NCBI GenBank assembly: GCA_965218795.1
Contig: OZ244653.1
Coordinates: forward strand, 3,648,001-3,712,000
DNA: 64,000 nt
Reading direction: 5' to 3'
Source of the DNA: a bacterium
GTDB taxonomy: Bacteria > UBA8248 > JACPRG01 > G963555815
Positions 1 through 9,294 of this stretch are shown piece after piece (position 1 is the first letter of the stretch; each line of letters begins with the position of its first letter). The notes under the pieces were generated by a model that worked only from the letters and a program-made list of their open reading frames with translations, did no database searches and was not told the DNA's origin. The translations under genes and the position numbers were made by a program.

Positions 1-940
1 TTCCCCACGGTTTCAGGTTGGCCAGCAGCGGCGTCTTTTGGCTGATGGTGTCAAAATCCTCCATGGCCAGCGCGACGCCCATCTCTTTGGCGATCGCGAG
101 GAGGTGGAGCACCCCGTTCGTGGAGCCGCCGGTCGCCGCGATCGAGGCGATGGCGTTCTCTAGGGATCCCCGGGTAATGATCCGGCTGGGACGCAAGTCG
201 TCTTTCAGGATCTCCATGATCTGGCGCCCGACCTGCCGGCAAACCTCGTCCTTCTTGGGGTTCGTGGCGGGCACGCAGGAGCTGCCCATAACGGAGATGC
301 CCAGGCATTCCATGGCCGTCGACATGGTATTGGCCGTGAACTGGCCCCCGCAGGCCCCCGGGCCGGGACAGGCGCTGCATTCCAGGTCATAGAGCTCCGC
401 GTCCGTCATCGTCCCGGCTGCATGGGCGCCCACGCCTTCAAAGACGTCCTGGATGGTGACGTCGCGATCCTGGAATCGGCCGGGGTCGATGGAGCCGCCG
501 TAGAGCATCAGGGCCGGGATGTCCAGCCGGGCCAGCGCCATGACCGTGCCCGGGATGGTCTTGTCGCACCCGGAAAGCGCGATCACGCCGTCAAACAGGT
601 GGCCCCGCGCGACGAGCTCGATGGAGTCGGCGATGACCTCACGGCTGACGAGCGAAGCCTTCATCCCCTCCGTGCCCATCGTAATCCCGTCGGAGATGAC
701 GACCGAGTTGTACTCCATGGGGGTGCCCCCGGCTTCCCGGACGCCCTCCTTCACCTTTTCGGCCAATTCCCTCAGGTGATAGTTGCAGGGCGTCACCTCG
801 GTCCAGGTGTTCGCAATCCCGATCAGGGGTTTTTTGAGAGCGTCATCGTCAAAGCCGCACGCCCTGAGCATCGCGCGGGCGGGGGCGTGGTCCCAGCCGT
901 CGGTGATGGCGCGGCTCCTGCTTTTCGGGTCAACGGTCAT
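1..940 (-). CDS. ilvD: Dihydroxy-acid dehydratase (N-terminal part; runs off window start)
   Basis: Not in ORF track. Manual translation from ATG at 940 (GGAGG upstream): MTVDPKSRSRAITDGWDHAPARAMLRACG...TPCNYHL...SDGITMGTEGMKASLVSREVIADSIE...GCDKTIPG...PGPGACGGQFTANTM...TGGSTNGVLHL, all IlvD motifs. Confidence 0.96.
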   Translation of the reverse strand, partial: MTVDPKSRSRAITDGWDHAPARAMLRACGFDDDALKKPLIGIANTWTEVTPCNYHLRELAEKVKEGVREAGGTPMEYNSVVISDGITMGTEGMKASLVSREVIADSIELVARGHLFDGVIALSGCDKTIPGTVMALARLDIPALMLYGGSIDPGRFQDRDVTIQDVFEGVGAHAAGTMTDAELYDLECSACPGPGACGGQFTANTMSTAMECLGISVMGSSCVPATNPKKDEVCRQVGRQIMEILKDDLRPSRIITRGSLENAIASIAATGGSTNGVLHLLAIAKEMGVALAMEDFDTISQKTPLLANLKPWG

Positions 941-1360
941 GGCTGCCTCCTCGCGGGCTTGTCCATTCGAAGCGGACAAGCATTTCGTCCACACCGGAGC
1001 GTCCATCGACGCCGGGTCTGTGGATTGTCCGCCGAAAATGCGCAGAGTTCAGACGAAATACCCCGCCCCGTCCGACTGAATTCGGGGGCGCCATGCGGCC
1101 CGCGCGTGGGCGGTCCACTCTCGGGGTCATTCAATTGTAGCGGGAATCCCGGATAAAGAGAATAGCGGGGGCCGTACGGAATATGAAGGCGGGGCCGTGA
1201 CATCCTCAACGGATCTGGAATGGACCGATTTTTTTTCATCCAGCGATCGGGATCAGAGAGGGCCTTGTCGGATGAATCGGCGTGCCCTATCTTGGTGAAG
1301 ATAAGAGGGGTTGAAGAACTCGAATTTCAACTTGACTCGCTTCCAATGGATTTGTGAAAA

Positions 1361-4012
1361 ATGACGGGCGACGAGATTCGCGAAAAGTTCCTCGATTATT
1401 TCGGACGCAGCGGCCACCAGAAGGTGAAGAGCGATTCCCTTGTGCCTGCCGGGGATCCAACGCTGATGTTTGCCAACGCCGGCATGGTGCAGTTCAAGAA
1501 TGTATTCACCGGAGAGGATAAGCGGGACTATTCCCGGGCCGCCTCTTCGCAGAAGTGCATGCGGGTGAGCGGGAAACACAACGACCTCGAGCAGGTGGGC
1601 TACACCGCACGCCATCACACCTTCTTCGAAATGCTGGGGAACTTCTCTTTCGGGGACTACTTCAAGGAGGAGGCCATCCGCTTCGGCTGGGAATTCCTCG
1701 TGGATGAGATGGGCCTGCCGGGCGATCGCATGTGGGCGTCCGTCTATCACGAGGATGAAGAGGCCCATCGCATCTGGAACGAGGCGGTCGGCGTCCCGGA
1801 ATCGCGCATCCTCAGGCTCGGCGAGAAAGACAATTTCTGGTCCATGGGCGACACCGGCCCGTGCGGTCCCTGTTCGGAGATGATTCTCCAGCTTCACCCG
1901 CGCGAGGACGCGGATTCGCCGCTGACCGAGGAAGAGCTGGACGGCGACGGCTTTCTCGAGATCTGGAATCTCGTCTTTATGCAGTTCGACCAGTCCGCCG
2001 CCGGCAGGCGGACCCCGCTGCCCAAGCCCAGCATCGACACGGGCATGGGGCTGGAGCGCCTCGCATCCGTCGTCCAGAACGTCGCGGGCAACTTCCACAC
2101 GGACCTGTTGTTCCCCATCATCCGGGCGACGGAAGAGTGGACCGAAACGCGCTACGACCTGGAGGGGGATTTTTACTCCCGCGCCAATATGAACTTTCGG
2201 GTCATCGCCGACCATGCCCGCGCCACGTGTTTTCTGATCGGGGACGGGATCATGCCCTCCAACGAAGGGAGGGGCTACGTTCTCCGGCGCATCCTTCGGC
2301 GCGCTGCGAGGCACGGGCGGATGCTGGGTATCGAAGATCCCTTCCTGTATCGAGCGGTCGGCACGGTGGCCGACGTCATGAAGACCGCCTATCCGGAGCT
2401 GACGGACGACTTGAGCTACATTTCCCGCGTGACCCTGGCGGAGGAGGATCGTTTCGCCCATACCCTGAGCCAGGGCCTCCCCATCCTGACCGACCTGATT
2501 GCGGCGGCCAAGGACAACAGCGGGGTGATTGACGGACAGGCGGTGTTCCAGCTCTATGACACGCACGGATTTCCGGTGGACCTGGCCGCGGACGCCGCTC
2601 AGGAAGAGGGGCTTCAGATCGACCGGGCCGCATTCGACGCCGCCATGGAGGGCCAGCGGGAGCGCGCCCGGGCCTCCTGGAAGGGGTTTGCGGAGTCGGC
2701 GGCGGCGCCCGCCCATCAATCCCTGGCCGAGGATTTCCCCGCGTCCGGGTTCGTCGGCTATGAGCAATGGAAGACCGACGCAAAGGTTCTGGCCGTCCTG
2801 AAGGATGGAGGGCGGGCCGATGAGGCGTCGGAAGGGGAGCGGGCCGAAGTCCTTCTGGACCGGACCCCGTTTTACGCTGAGTCGGGCGGACAGATCGGGG
2901 ACCGCGGGGTTCTGGAAGCCGAGGGCCTGCGGTTTGAGGTGGAAGACTGTCAGGCCCCTGTGCCCGGCTACCGGATGCATGTCGGCATATTGCGGCGGGG
3001 AACCCTCCGTGTCGGGGTCGAGGTCGAGGCCACCGTTGATGCCGGAAGCAGAAGCTCCACCCAGCTCAATCACACGGCGACTCACCTGCTCCAGGCCGCC
3101 CTTCGGGACGTTCTCGGCGACCATGTGAAACAGGCCGGTTCCCTGGTGGCGCCGGACCGGCTCCGGTTCGATTACACGCACTTCTCCGCCATGAGCCCGA
3201 GGGAGCGGGAGCGCGTCGAGGAGATCGTCAACGATCACATTCGGGCCAACGCGCCCGTCCGCTGGTCGGAGATCCCCATCGACGAGGCCCTCGCCCAGGG
3301 GGCCACGGCGCTGTTTGGAGAAAAGTACGGCGACGTCGTCCGCATGGTGTCCGTCGATTCGATCAGCAAGGAGCTTTGCGGGGGCACCCACACGGCGGCC
3401 TCCGGCGATATCGGACTGTTCAAGATCGTTCATGAGGGGAGCGTGTCATCGGGCGTCCGGCGGATTGAGGCCGTCACCGGGGGCGAAGCGCTCGGTCATG
3501 TGCGGAAAGAGGAAGAGGAGCTGGCGCGCGTCGGCGAGCTGCTGAAGACGTCTCCCCGCCAGGCGTCGGAGCGGGTGGAGAAGCTTCTGGAGGAGCAAAG
3601 ACGGCTGGAGAAGGAGCTCCAGGCGCTCAAGCAGCGGCTGGCCCGCGGCGAAACCCATGATTTGGTCAAGGGCGCACGGGAGGTCGGCGGCGCGCGGGTG
3701 GTCGCCGCGCAGGTCGATGAGTCGAACCCCAAGGGTCTTCGGGAATTGGTCGACGCGCTCAAAGGGAGGCTCAAGTCGGGCATCGTTGTGCTGGCGGCCG
3801 ATGTCGGAGGCAAGGCGGCCCTGGCCGCGGGCGTGACCCAAGACCTGACGGACCGGTTCCACGCGGGAGATATCCTGAAGGAGGCCGCAAAGGCCGTCGG
3901 CGGCAAAGGCGGGGGCCGTCCCGACATGGCCCAGGCGGGCGGCAAGGACGCCGGGAGGATCGGGGAGGCTTTGGAGAAGGCCGTTCAGTTCATCGAAAAC
4001 ACGGCGGGATGA
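1361..4012 (+). CDS. alaS: Alanine--tRNA ligase
   Basis: 883 aa; DPTLMFANAGMVQFK, HHTFFEMLGNFSFGDYFK, NHTATHLL, ELCGGTH editing motifs, C-terminal GGKGGGRPDMAQAGG. Confidence 0.99.
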   Translation: MTGDEIREKFLDYFGRSGHQKVKSDSLVPAGDPTLMFANAGMVQFKNVFTGEDKRDYSRAASSQKCMRVSGKHNDLEQVGYTARHHTFFEMLGNFSFGDYFKEEAIRFGWEFLVDEMGLPGDRMWASVYHEDEEAHRIWNEAVGVPESRILRLGEKDNFWSMGDTGPCGPCSEMILQLHPREDADSPLTEEELDGDGFLEIWNLVFMQFDQSAAGRRTPLPKPSIDTGMGLERLASVVQNVAGNFHTDLLFPIIRATEEWTETRYDLEGDFYSRANMNFRVIADHARATCFLIGDGIMPSNEGRGYVLRRILRRAARHGRMLGIEDPFLYRAVGTVADVMKTAYPELTDDLSYISRVTLAEEDRFAHTLSQGLPILTDLIAAAKDNSGVIDGQAVFQLYDTHGFPVDLAADAAQEEGLQIDRAAFDAAMEGQRERARASWKGFAESAAAPAHQSLAEDFPASGFVGYEQWKTDAKVLAVLKDGGRADEASEGERAEVLLDRTPFYAESGGQIGDRGVLEAEGLRFEVEDCQAPVPGYRMHVGILRRGTLRVGVEVEATVDAGSRSSTQLNHTATHLLQAALRDVLGDHVKQAGSLVAPDRLRFDYTHFSAMSPRERERVEEIVNDHIRANAPVRWSEIPIDEALAQGATALFGEKYGDVVRMVSVDSISKELCGGTHTAASGDIGLFKIVHEGSVSSGVRRIEAVTGGEALGHVRKEEEELARVGELLKTSPRQASERVEKLLEEQRRLEKELQALKQRLARGETHDLVKGAREVGGARVVAAQVDESNPKGLRELVDALKGRLKSGIVVLAADVGGKAALAAGVTQDLTDRFHAGDILKEAAKAVGGKGGGRPDMAQAGGKDAGRIGEALEKAVQFIENTAG

Positions 4013-4021
4013 CTTTTTTGC

Positions 4022-4100
4022 GGGGCAGGCACGGCCTGCTCCGGTTTCGCCGGGCACAAGACTTCCGTTCAGTTCGATACCCTCCTCCAGCCCGGCTGCG
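4022..4100. repeat. Diverged inverted partial copy of the 199-bp repeat at 15571-15968, with terminal hairpin
   Basis: GGGGCAGGCACGGCCTGCTCCGGTTTCGCCG matches the reverse complement of the unit end (GGGGCAGGCGCGGCCTGCTCCGTTTTCGCCG); directly after alaS stop. Confidence 0.6.
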
Positions 4101-4106
4101 GTACTT

Positions 4107-4496
4107 TTGAGAAGCCCGGAAATCGCGGAGGACCGTCGCAGACGAAAGGGAGAGCCCCCGCTTCGCTCGGACAGGCTCCGCCCCTCCCTGAAAATCCTGG
4201 AGGCGCGTTCTCTTTTGGATATCGATAAGCCTTTGGCCGTCGAAATCGAGATCGAGAAAGAGAAAGCCGAGGCCCTTGGGCGGACGGGACGAAAGCTCGA
4301 ATCCTGCGTCCAGAAGGTCCGGGAGATCGAAGCGGGCTGGCGGGGTTCGCTCGACTCTCTCAAGCGGCAGAAGGCCTACCGCCTGGCGGTGGAGCGGGCT
4401 CATCGTTACAAGTATTACCTGATCGTTCAACGGGAGGCCGTGGGCCTGACGGCCCATCAAGACGTCGAGCGCCTGTACGCCCTTCCAGAGCTGTAA
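4107..4496 (+). CDS. Conserved hypothetical protein (DUF6665-like); start uncertain
   Basis: EIEKEKAEALGRTGRKLE and YYLIVQREAVGL motifs recalled from this small family. Confidence 0.6.
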   Translation: MRSPEIAEDRRRRKGEPPLRSDRLRPSLKILEARSLLDIDKPLAVEIEIEKEKAEALGRTGRKLESCVQKVREIEAGWRGSLDSLKRQKAYRLAVERAHRYKYYLIVQREAVGLTAHQDVERLYALPEL

Positions 4497-4522
4497 CCCA
4501 TCGCATTCACGAAGAAGCCGCC

Positions 4523-5326
4523 TTGAGACTTTACGGCTGGATCGGCCTGGCCATCCTGGTCCTCGCCGAGACTCTTCTGTTCGCCGGAAACCCCGTGGCG
4601 GCGGCCAACATGACGCCGGTCGCCTGGACAGGGTACATCCTGCTGGCGGACGCCGTCGTCTTCCGCCTCGCGGGCCAATCCTGGCTGATGACCCGAAGGC
4701 GGGAGTTCTGGCATCTCCTGCCCGTCTCGGTGATTTCCTGGCTCATTTACGAGTTCTACAACTACAGGATGCAGGGGTGGCATTACATCGGCCTCCCCGA
4801 CGATACCTGGGCCAGGGGGTTCGGCTACTTCTGGGCGTTTGCGACGATCTTTCCGGGATTGTTCGTGACCGCGGATCTGCTGCTGGCTCTCCGGTGGTTC
4901 CGAAGGTTCCGGGGGAGGCCGAGACCCTGGTCGGCCCAAACGCTGCGCGTATTGTTCACCTTGGGCTTCATCTGCCTGGCTGTCCCGCTGCTCTATCCTT
5001 CCGGCTATCTCTGGGCGCTCGTGTGGGTCGGGACGGTGTTTTTTCTGGGTCCCATCAATTTGATGTACGCGCCGGACAGCCTCTTCCGCGATTTCGCCGA
5101 AGGGGATTACGAGCGAATCGCCGCGCTTTTCGCAGGCGGTATCATCTGCGGTTTTCTATGGGAGCTCTGGAACTTCTGGGCGACCGCCAAGTGGTACTAC
5201 ACCGTGCCCATCCTCTCGGACGTGAAGATCTTTGAAATGCCCGTCGTCGGTTTTCTGGGCTTCCCCCCCTTCGCCCTGGAGTGCTTCGCCATGTACCAGA
5301 CGGCCCGCGCGATCCTGAGGTTCTAG
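4523..5326 (+). CDS. Conserved multi-pass membrane protein of unknown function
   Basis: 267 aa with many hydrophobic segments; internally repeated WxxYEFYN/WELWN..W.Y motifs and KIFEMPVVGFLGFPPFALECF. Confidence 0.8.
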   Translation: MRLYGWIGLAILVLAETLLFAGNPVAAANMTPVAWTGYILLADAVVFRLAGQSWLMTRRREFWHLLPVSVISWLIYEFYNYRMQGWHYIGLPDDTWARGFGYFWAFATIFPGLFVTADLLLALRWFRRFRGRPRPWSAQTLRVLFTLGFICLAVPLLYPSGYLWALVWVGTVFFLGPINLMYAPDSLFRDFAEGDYERIAALFAGGIICGFLWELWNFWATAKWYYTVPILSDVKIFEMPVVGFLGFPPFALECFAMYQTARAILRF

Positions 5327-5327
5327 G

Positions 5328-5518
5328 TGTCCTCTAAATCTTCTTTCCGTGCGATTTTACATTGCAAGGAGGTCTTTTTTATGGGACGAACGGCAACCGG
5401 GGCTGCAAGCGGTGGGAAGCGCGTTGCGGCGAGCCAGCTTGCCGAGCATCCACTGAGCGTTCTGGAGTTGGTGCACGAACTGAGCAACGTCTCGGAGGCC
5501 TGCCCCCGAGTATTGTAG
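5328..5518 (+). mobile_element. IS481-family 5' remnant (copy 1)
   Basis: AAGGAGG then ATG 5381 gives ...LAEHPLSVLELVHELSNVSEAC, resembling the IS481 transposase N-terminus (RLSVLELAxxLGNVSEAC); homologous to 42258-42430. Confidence 0.6.
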
Positions 5519-5526
5519 TCGGGAAA

Positions 5527-5696
5527 TGGATTCCTGCTACAGCCTGCCAGCTTACCCCCCCCTGAATTCCTGCCTGCGCAGGAATGACAGTCAGGGGCAG
5601 GGGGCGTGTCCCCCAGTGTTTTAGTCGAGGCAGGAATGACAGAGCAGGACCATGCAACCCCCCGTCTTGTCATTCCCGCGCAGGCGGGAATCCACA
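5527..5696. repeat. Nested REP-like palindrome cluster (GTCATTCCCGCGCAGGCGGGAATCC family)
   Basis: Copies near 5564-5590, 5620-5642 and 5669-5694 in both orientations. Confidence 0.85.
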
Positions 5697-5752
5697 CCGA
5701 ACGACCCCATCCGGCGCATCGCAACAATCAAATCATTCGTCAGACAAGAAGG

Positions 5753-6676
5753 TTAAGGGATATCATCATCAAAATCTGGTTCAAAGTCATCTGCTGGGTC
5801 CACGGTTTCTTCGATAATATTTTCACCATACTTTTCGGCAAGAAATCGTTCCCTATATAAGTAGAAAGCAGCATCACAAATCTTGTTGGTGTAATAGGCA
5901 TTAAAACTGCCCCCCACTACTGCACCTGTCACAGGAACCACTTGGGCTAATTTAGCTTTAGTAAGACGTATGCCGAGCGAAGAAGCAATTGTTTTAATGA
6001 TTGTTACAAAAGAATGCTTCTCTAAATCTTGCCACGCCTTCTTTTTAGCAACATCTTTCGCAATCCTAACGAGTTGAGCCATTGCGACTTGCTTGGCAGC
6101 GTCATTTGGGCTTGATGCTAACCCCAAAATATTCAGGGCAAACAATCTTTCCTGTTGAGATGAAATATCAAATCCATAATAGGTAGCATATTCTCCAATT
6201 GCTCGCTGATTTAGTGTAATAAGAGCTACAATATCAGGAGGGATTCCTGGTAAACCAACAGACCCCGCCCCCGCCCCTTCGGCAGTTGCAAGGGTTTTGT
6301 ATTTTGCTGACAACCAACCACATACCCTGTCGGCATCTTCTAAATCCAATGTGAATATGTCGCTCGGTGCTTCGATGTGCTCAAAACCGGCTTTTTGATA
6401 TTGTTTGTATATTGCATCGGGGCGAACTGTCCATGCAGCCAAATCATTAAGCAAACCAACCAAGCCACCTATAGCTTTTTCAATTACCCAATTAACACCT
6501 GGCGCTTCTGTTATCAGGTCTCCCGCTTTTTTAAGAGGCCAATTAATAACTTCCATAGTTTTTCCGAACCAGCCAATTTGTGGATTTTTCCACTCATGGA
6601 TGCTTGAAATTGCTAATCTTTCGTATTCACTTGGTCCATTTTTTATGAGGTGGCTCCGGTTCTGAGATGGTCCCAC
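5753..6676 (-). CDS. EcsC family protein (AT-rich, probably acquired); true start uncertain
   Basis: EGAGAGSVGLPGIPPDI, YATYYGFD, KLAQVVPVTGAVVGGSFN, YLYRERFL; visibly AT-richer than flanks; annotated GTG lies inside an IS3-like end. Confidence 0.85.
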   Translation of the reverse strand: MGPSQNRSHLIKNGPSEYERLAISSIHEWKNPQIGWFGKTMEVINWPLKKAGDLITEAPGVNWVIEKAIGGLVGLLNDLAAWTVRPDAIYKQYQKAGFEHIEAPSDIFTLDLEDADRVCGWLSAKYKTLATAEGAGAGSVGLPGIPPDIVALITLNQRAIGEYATYYGFDISSQQERLFALNILGLASSPNDAAKQVAMAQLVRIAKDVAKKKAWQDLEKHSFVTIIKTIASSLGIRLTKAKLAQVVPVTGAVVGGSFNAYYTNKICDAAFYLYRERFLAEKYGENIIEETVDPADDFEPDFDDDIP

Positions 6677-6745
6677 TTTCTTGGACAGTCTGGCGGCTGA
6701 TGTTAAGGTGTATTTCGATTGTCGATCAAGCCGCCAGAATCTCTT
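6663..6745 (-). mobile_element. IS3-family right end remnant
   Basis: Minus strand reads ...EEILAA-TGA...CTTAACATCAGCCGCCAGACTGTCCAAGAAAGTGGGACCATCTCA, like an IS3 OrfB C-terminus plus a terminal repeat ending CA. Confidence 0.6.
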
Positions 6746-6833
6746 CGAAATCGATCTCCTGCATTCCAGGCTTGTAACGCGATAGGAATATTCTTTCGAT
6801 GATTGCGGAATAGGTTCCCTTGCGTTGGTTCAC
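6726..6833 (-). pseudogene. Truncated N-terminus of putative type II restriction endonuclease partner of the MTase
   Basis: GTG 4 nt after the MTase stop gives MNQRKGTYSAIIERIFLSRYKPGMQEIDFE then IS-like EILAA*; resembles from recall the YSxIIExIF..Y..G..E..FER start of endonucleases found beside such MTases. Confidence 0.55.
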
Positions 6834-6837
6834 AACC

Positions 6838-8190
6838 TTATTCTCCAGGCCAATGGAGGAGAACGACTTCCTCTCGAAGTTCCGACCTCGTTGCCGTTGC
6901 CCTTCTGGTTCGGAATAAGTCGATACCTGTCACGTCATAACCGAGGGACTCGGCAATGTCCGCCAATAGCCGCCCGGTCCGGATCATGACTCTGAAATAC
7001 GAGGCTTGATCGCCTGCAACATATGCAAGTTGAGCGCCGGGACGAAGTATCGAGCGGAGATCCGAAAGGTGCCGCATCATCCCTCCGAAATACAGCCTTG
7101 CGACTCTTCCATAAAGCCGTTCAAAGCCGGAGGTCTTCTTCAGTTCTGTCCGCCGGTCTTCGATGGTCTCCGCAAGCTGCTGTATCTCCTTGTGATCCGC
7201 GACGATCAGATCGTCCGTGTCATCTTGATATACGTTACGGGTGTTGGACCTGACCAAATGCTGTTTGAGTTCCCGCAACTCTTGCCTGTTTCTGATAAAG
7301 CCCAAAAGAACGGATTCGAGGCGAGTCGTCCTGGTGTAATCCTTCTCGTTCGGATAAGGAGGCGAAGTGATCACTGCATCAACAGAACGTGGAGGGAGGA
7401 TCTCCCCAAGGGTTCGCGCGTCTCCCTGATGAACGGCTGCTTCGGTTCTGTTACGGCAACTCGGTTTTTTCAGGTCTTCCGCCATGCTCTCAACCCCATG
7501 CAGCCAGGAGGAGAGTACAGGGGCATCGGTCTTCGGAGGTCCAACGCCGACTTCCGGCCCGAAACGCAGGTTGCCAATTCCAGAGACGAGCGCCCGCGCC
7601 AACGCCAACCGTTCGTGATCATGAAATCGATGGTCTTTGTTCTCTTCCAAGGTTTCAAGGAGAACCAATGACTTGTGCAGAGGCAAGGGGCTTATGGAAT
7701 TTTTCAAAAGAAGTTTTGAGGTTTCTTCCGGCAGGCGTCGAAGGCTGCTCTCTGAAACGGTTTCTTCTCCCCCTGAAAATAAAGGAAGGTCCCCTCCTTC
7801 ATGGATTCCTGCGTCCTTGAGCTTTTTCGAGGCGATTCGGGAAACCTTTTTCGCGTGATGGAGCAGGCCGGCAGGGTCAATGTCCCAGTTCACTTTGACC
7901 TTGGTGGCGAAACCGGCCATTGGATTCACTTCAACCCCGAAGCTCGGGATTCCATGCTTTTTGCACTCTACGAGGGTTGTCCCGGTTCCGCAGAAAGGAT
8001 CCAGAACGCGCATTTCCCGGTTTACGCCCAATCGGCTCAGGTATTGCCTGACAAGGTGTGGAGGAAACGCAAGAACGAATCGATACCAATCGTGAGCAGC
8101 GCGATCGTCACGCTTGACTTTATTGTCTTCACGCTTGGCGACGAAAACCTGCTCCTCTGCCGTTCTCACGGTGAAGAAAACCCCATCCAT
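6838..8190 (-). CDS. DNA amino-methyltransferase (probable m4C; motif I before motif IV)
   Basis: HDWYRF, VLDPFCGTGTT (SAM binding), ITSPPYPN (catalytic SPPY). Confidence 0.92.
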   Translation of the reverse strand: MDGVFFTVRTAEEQVFVAKREDNKVKRDDRAAHDWYRFVLAFPPHLVRQYLSRLGVNREMRVLDPFCGTGTTLVECKKHGIPSFGVEVNPMAGFATKVKVNWDIDPAGLLHHAKKVSRIASKKLKDAGIHEGGDLPLFSGGEETVSESSLRRLPEETSKLLLKNSISPLPLHKSLVLLETLEENKDHRFHDHERLALARALVSGIGNLRFGPEVGVGPPKTDAPVLSSWLHGVESMAEDLKKPSCRNRTEAAVHQGDARTLGEILPPRSVDAVITSPPYPNEKDYTRTTRLESVLLGFIRNRQELRELKQHLVRSNTRNVYQDDTDDLIVADHKEIQQLAETIEDRRTELKKTSGFERLYGRVARLYFGGMMRHLSDLRSILRPGAQLAYVAGDQASYFRVMIRTGRLLADIAESLGYDVTGIDLFRTRRATATRSELREEVVLLHWPGE

Positions 8191-8239
8191 ACGGGTCGAA
8201 GAGGGTTTGTCGAAGCGGAGTCCAATGAAAATGCGGGAT

Positions 8240-8665
8240 TCAAATCCGTCCCAGCCAGACCCCCAAAAAGAAGACGATCACGAACAGGTGGATGTTGATG
8301 ATCATCCAGCGCCTGCGGTTTTGCTTCATTGATTGAAACGCCTTGCCGGGCAGCGTCAGTGCGATGGCGATGGTGAAGATGACGATGGCCAGGATGATCT
8401 TGATCCCCAATATGGAATGGTAGAGGGGGCTCGGGACAGCGGTCATCACCACGATGATCATCCAGATGCCCGTGATGATGAGAAGGGCGATGGCGATCCA
8501 GATCATCCGGCTGAACCGGACCGTGACGCTCTCCATCAACTTGCCGGACGCCTCTGAGTCGATCCGGCCCGCGGACGGCATCAGCGCCCAGAGCACAAAA
8601 GCCACCCCGCCAAAGGCGATGGCTGCCGACATCACGTGAAGAAATTTCGCGATCACAAAATCCAC
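8240..8665 (-). CDS. Small 4-TM membrane protein (CopD/DUF4149-like)
   Basis: KFLHVMSAAIAFGG, ITGIW, Y..ILGIKIIL; GAGGAG upstream of GTG. Confidence 0.75.
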   Translation of the reverse strand: MDFVIAKFLHVMSAAIAFGGVAFVLWALMPSAGRIDSEASGKLMESVTVRFSRMIWIAIALLIITGIWMIIVVMTAVPSPLYHSILGIKIILAIVIFTIAIALTLPGKAFQSMKQNRRRWMIINIHLFVIVFFLGVWLGRI

Positions 8666-8882
8666 GGTCGGTCTCCTCGTTTGAAATCATACCCTCCGCG
8701 CTCGCACTCCGCAGTTTAGCAGGCATCGCAAAAAAGGAAAACCAGGGTCCGGGCGTTTTCTATGGTGTTTGCCGAGGGGAGGGTGTATAATTCTTTGACA
8801 CTGAAGCTTCTGATATGGATCTCTGAACCGATCCGGATTTCCGGGGTCCAAATCGCGGGAAGTTCTCAAGGAGCCCGCAACC

Positions 8883-9023
8883 ATGACGAAAATTCCTGTC
8901 CGAAACGACTCTTTATGGGTGCAAGAGATTGGCCGGGTCACGCCGCGCAGGCTAATGAAATTCCGGACGCGCGGCAGGCCTTCAGGCCGGCGGACAGGGA
9001 TTTCGAGCAAGAATCCCGCCTAG
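8883..9023 (+). CDS. Possible 46-aa basic small protein
   Basis: AAGGAG before ATG 8883; TATAAT at 8786-8791; MTKIPVRNDSLWVQEIGRVTPRRLMKFRTRGRPSGRRTGISSKNPA. Confidence 0.25.
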   Translation: MTKIPVRNDSLWVQEIGRVTPRRLMKFRTRGRPSGRRTGISSKNPA

Positions 9024-9294
9024 GTACAACCCCAGAGCAGACTCGAATCGAAATCCCTGATTCTTTTGGATTGGGAGGAAGGCCGCCCGTTTTCGGACCG
9101 GCATTTTCGTCAATCCTGCAAGGCGCAGGCTTCTATTGCAGGGATTCAGGATTGAAACCGTGAAAACCATCGAAGAAAAGGCGGATGAGAGGCGCCCCCA
9201 GCCGATGCTTCCGGGAGAAGGTTTGAGCATCCCGGGGAAAGGCGACCCGGGCATGGCCCGGAGGAGCGTCTCTCAGCCGGGATAATGGATCACC

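Noticed and set aside
941-1360. T-box or attenuator between ilvD and alaS
   Set aside because: No T-box consensus and no leader peptide rich in the relevant amino acids
1253-3433. 726-aa minus-strand ORF, and similar long antisense ORFs at 9310-11118, 19899-21614, 29360-32233, 43986-45965, 57675-59156
   Set aside because: Antisense shadows of well-supported genes in GC-rich DNA; no recognisable motifs
5323-5860. Short ORFs containing VIPAQAGI/WIPACAGMT or KCPP peptides (also near 32.2-32.7, 35.0-35.5 and 42.3-43.0 kb)
   Set aside because: Translations of REP palindromes, not proteins
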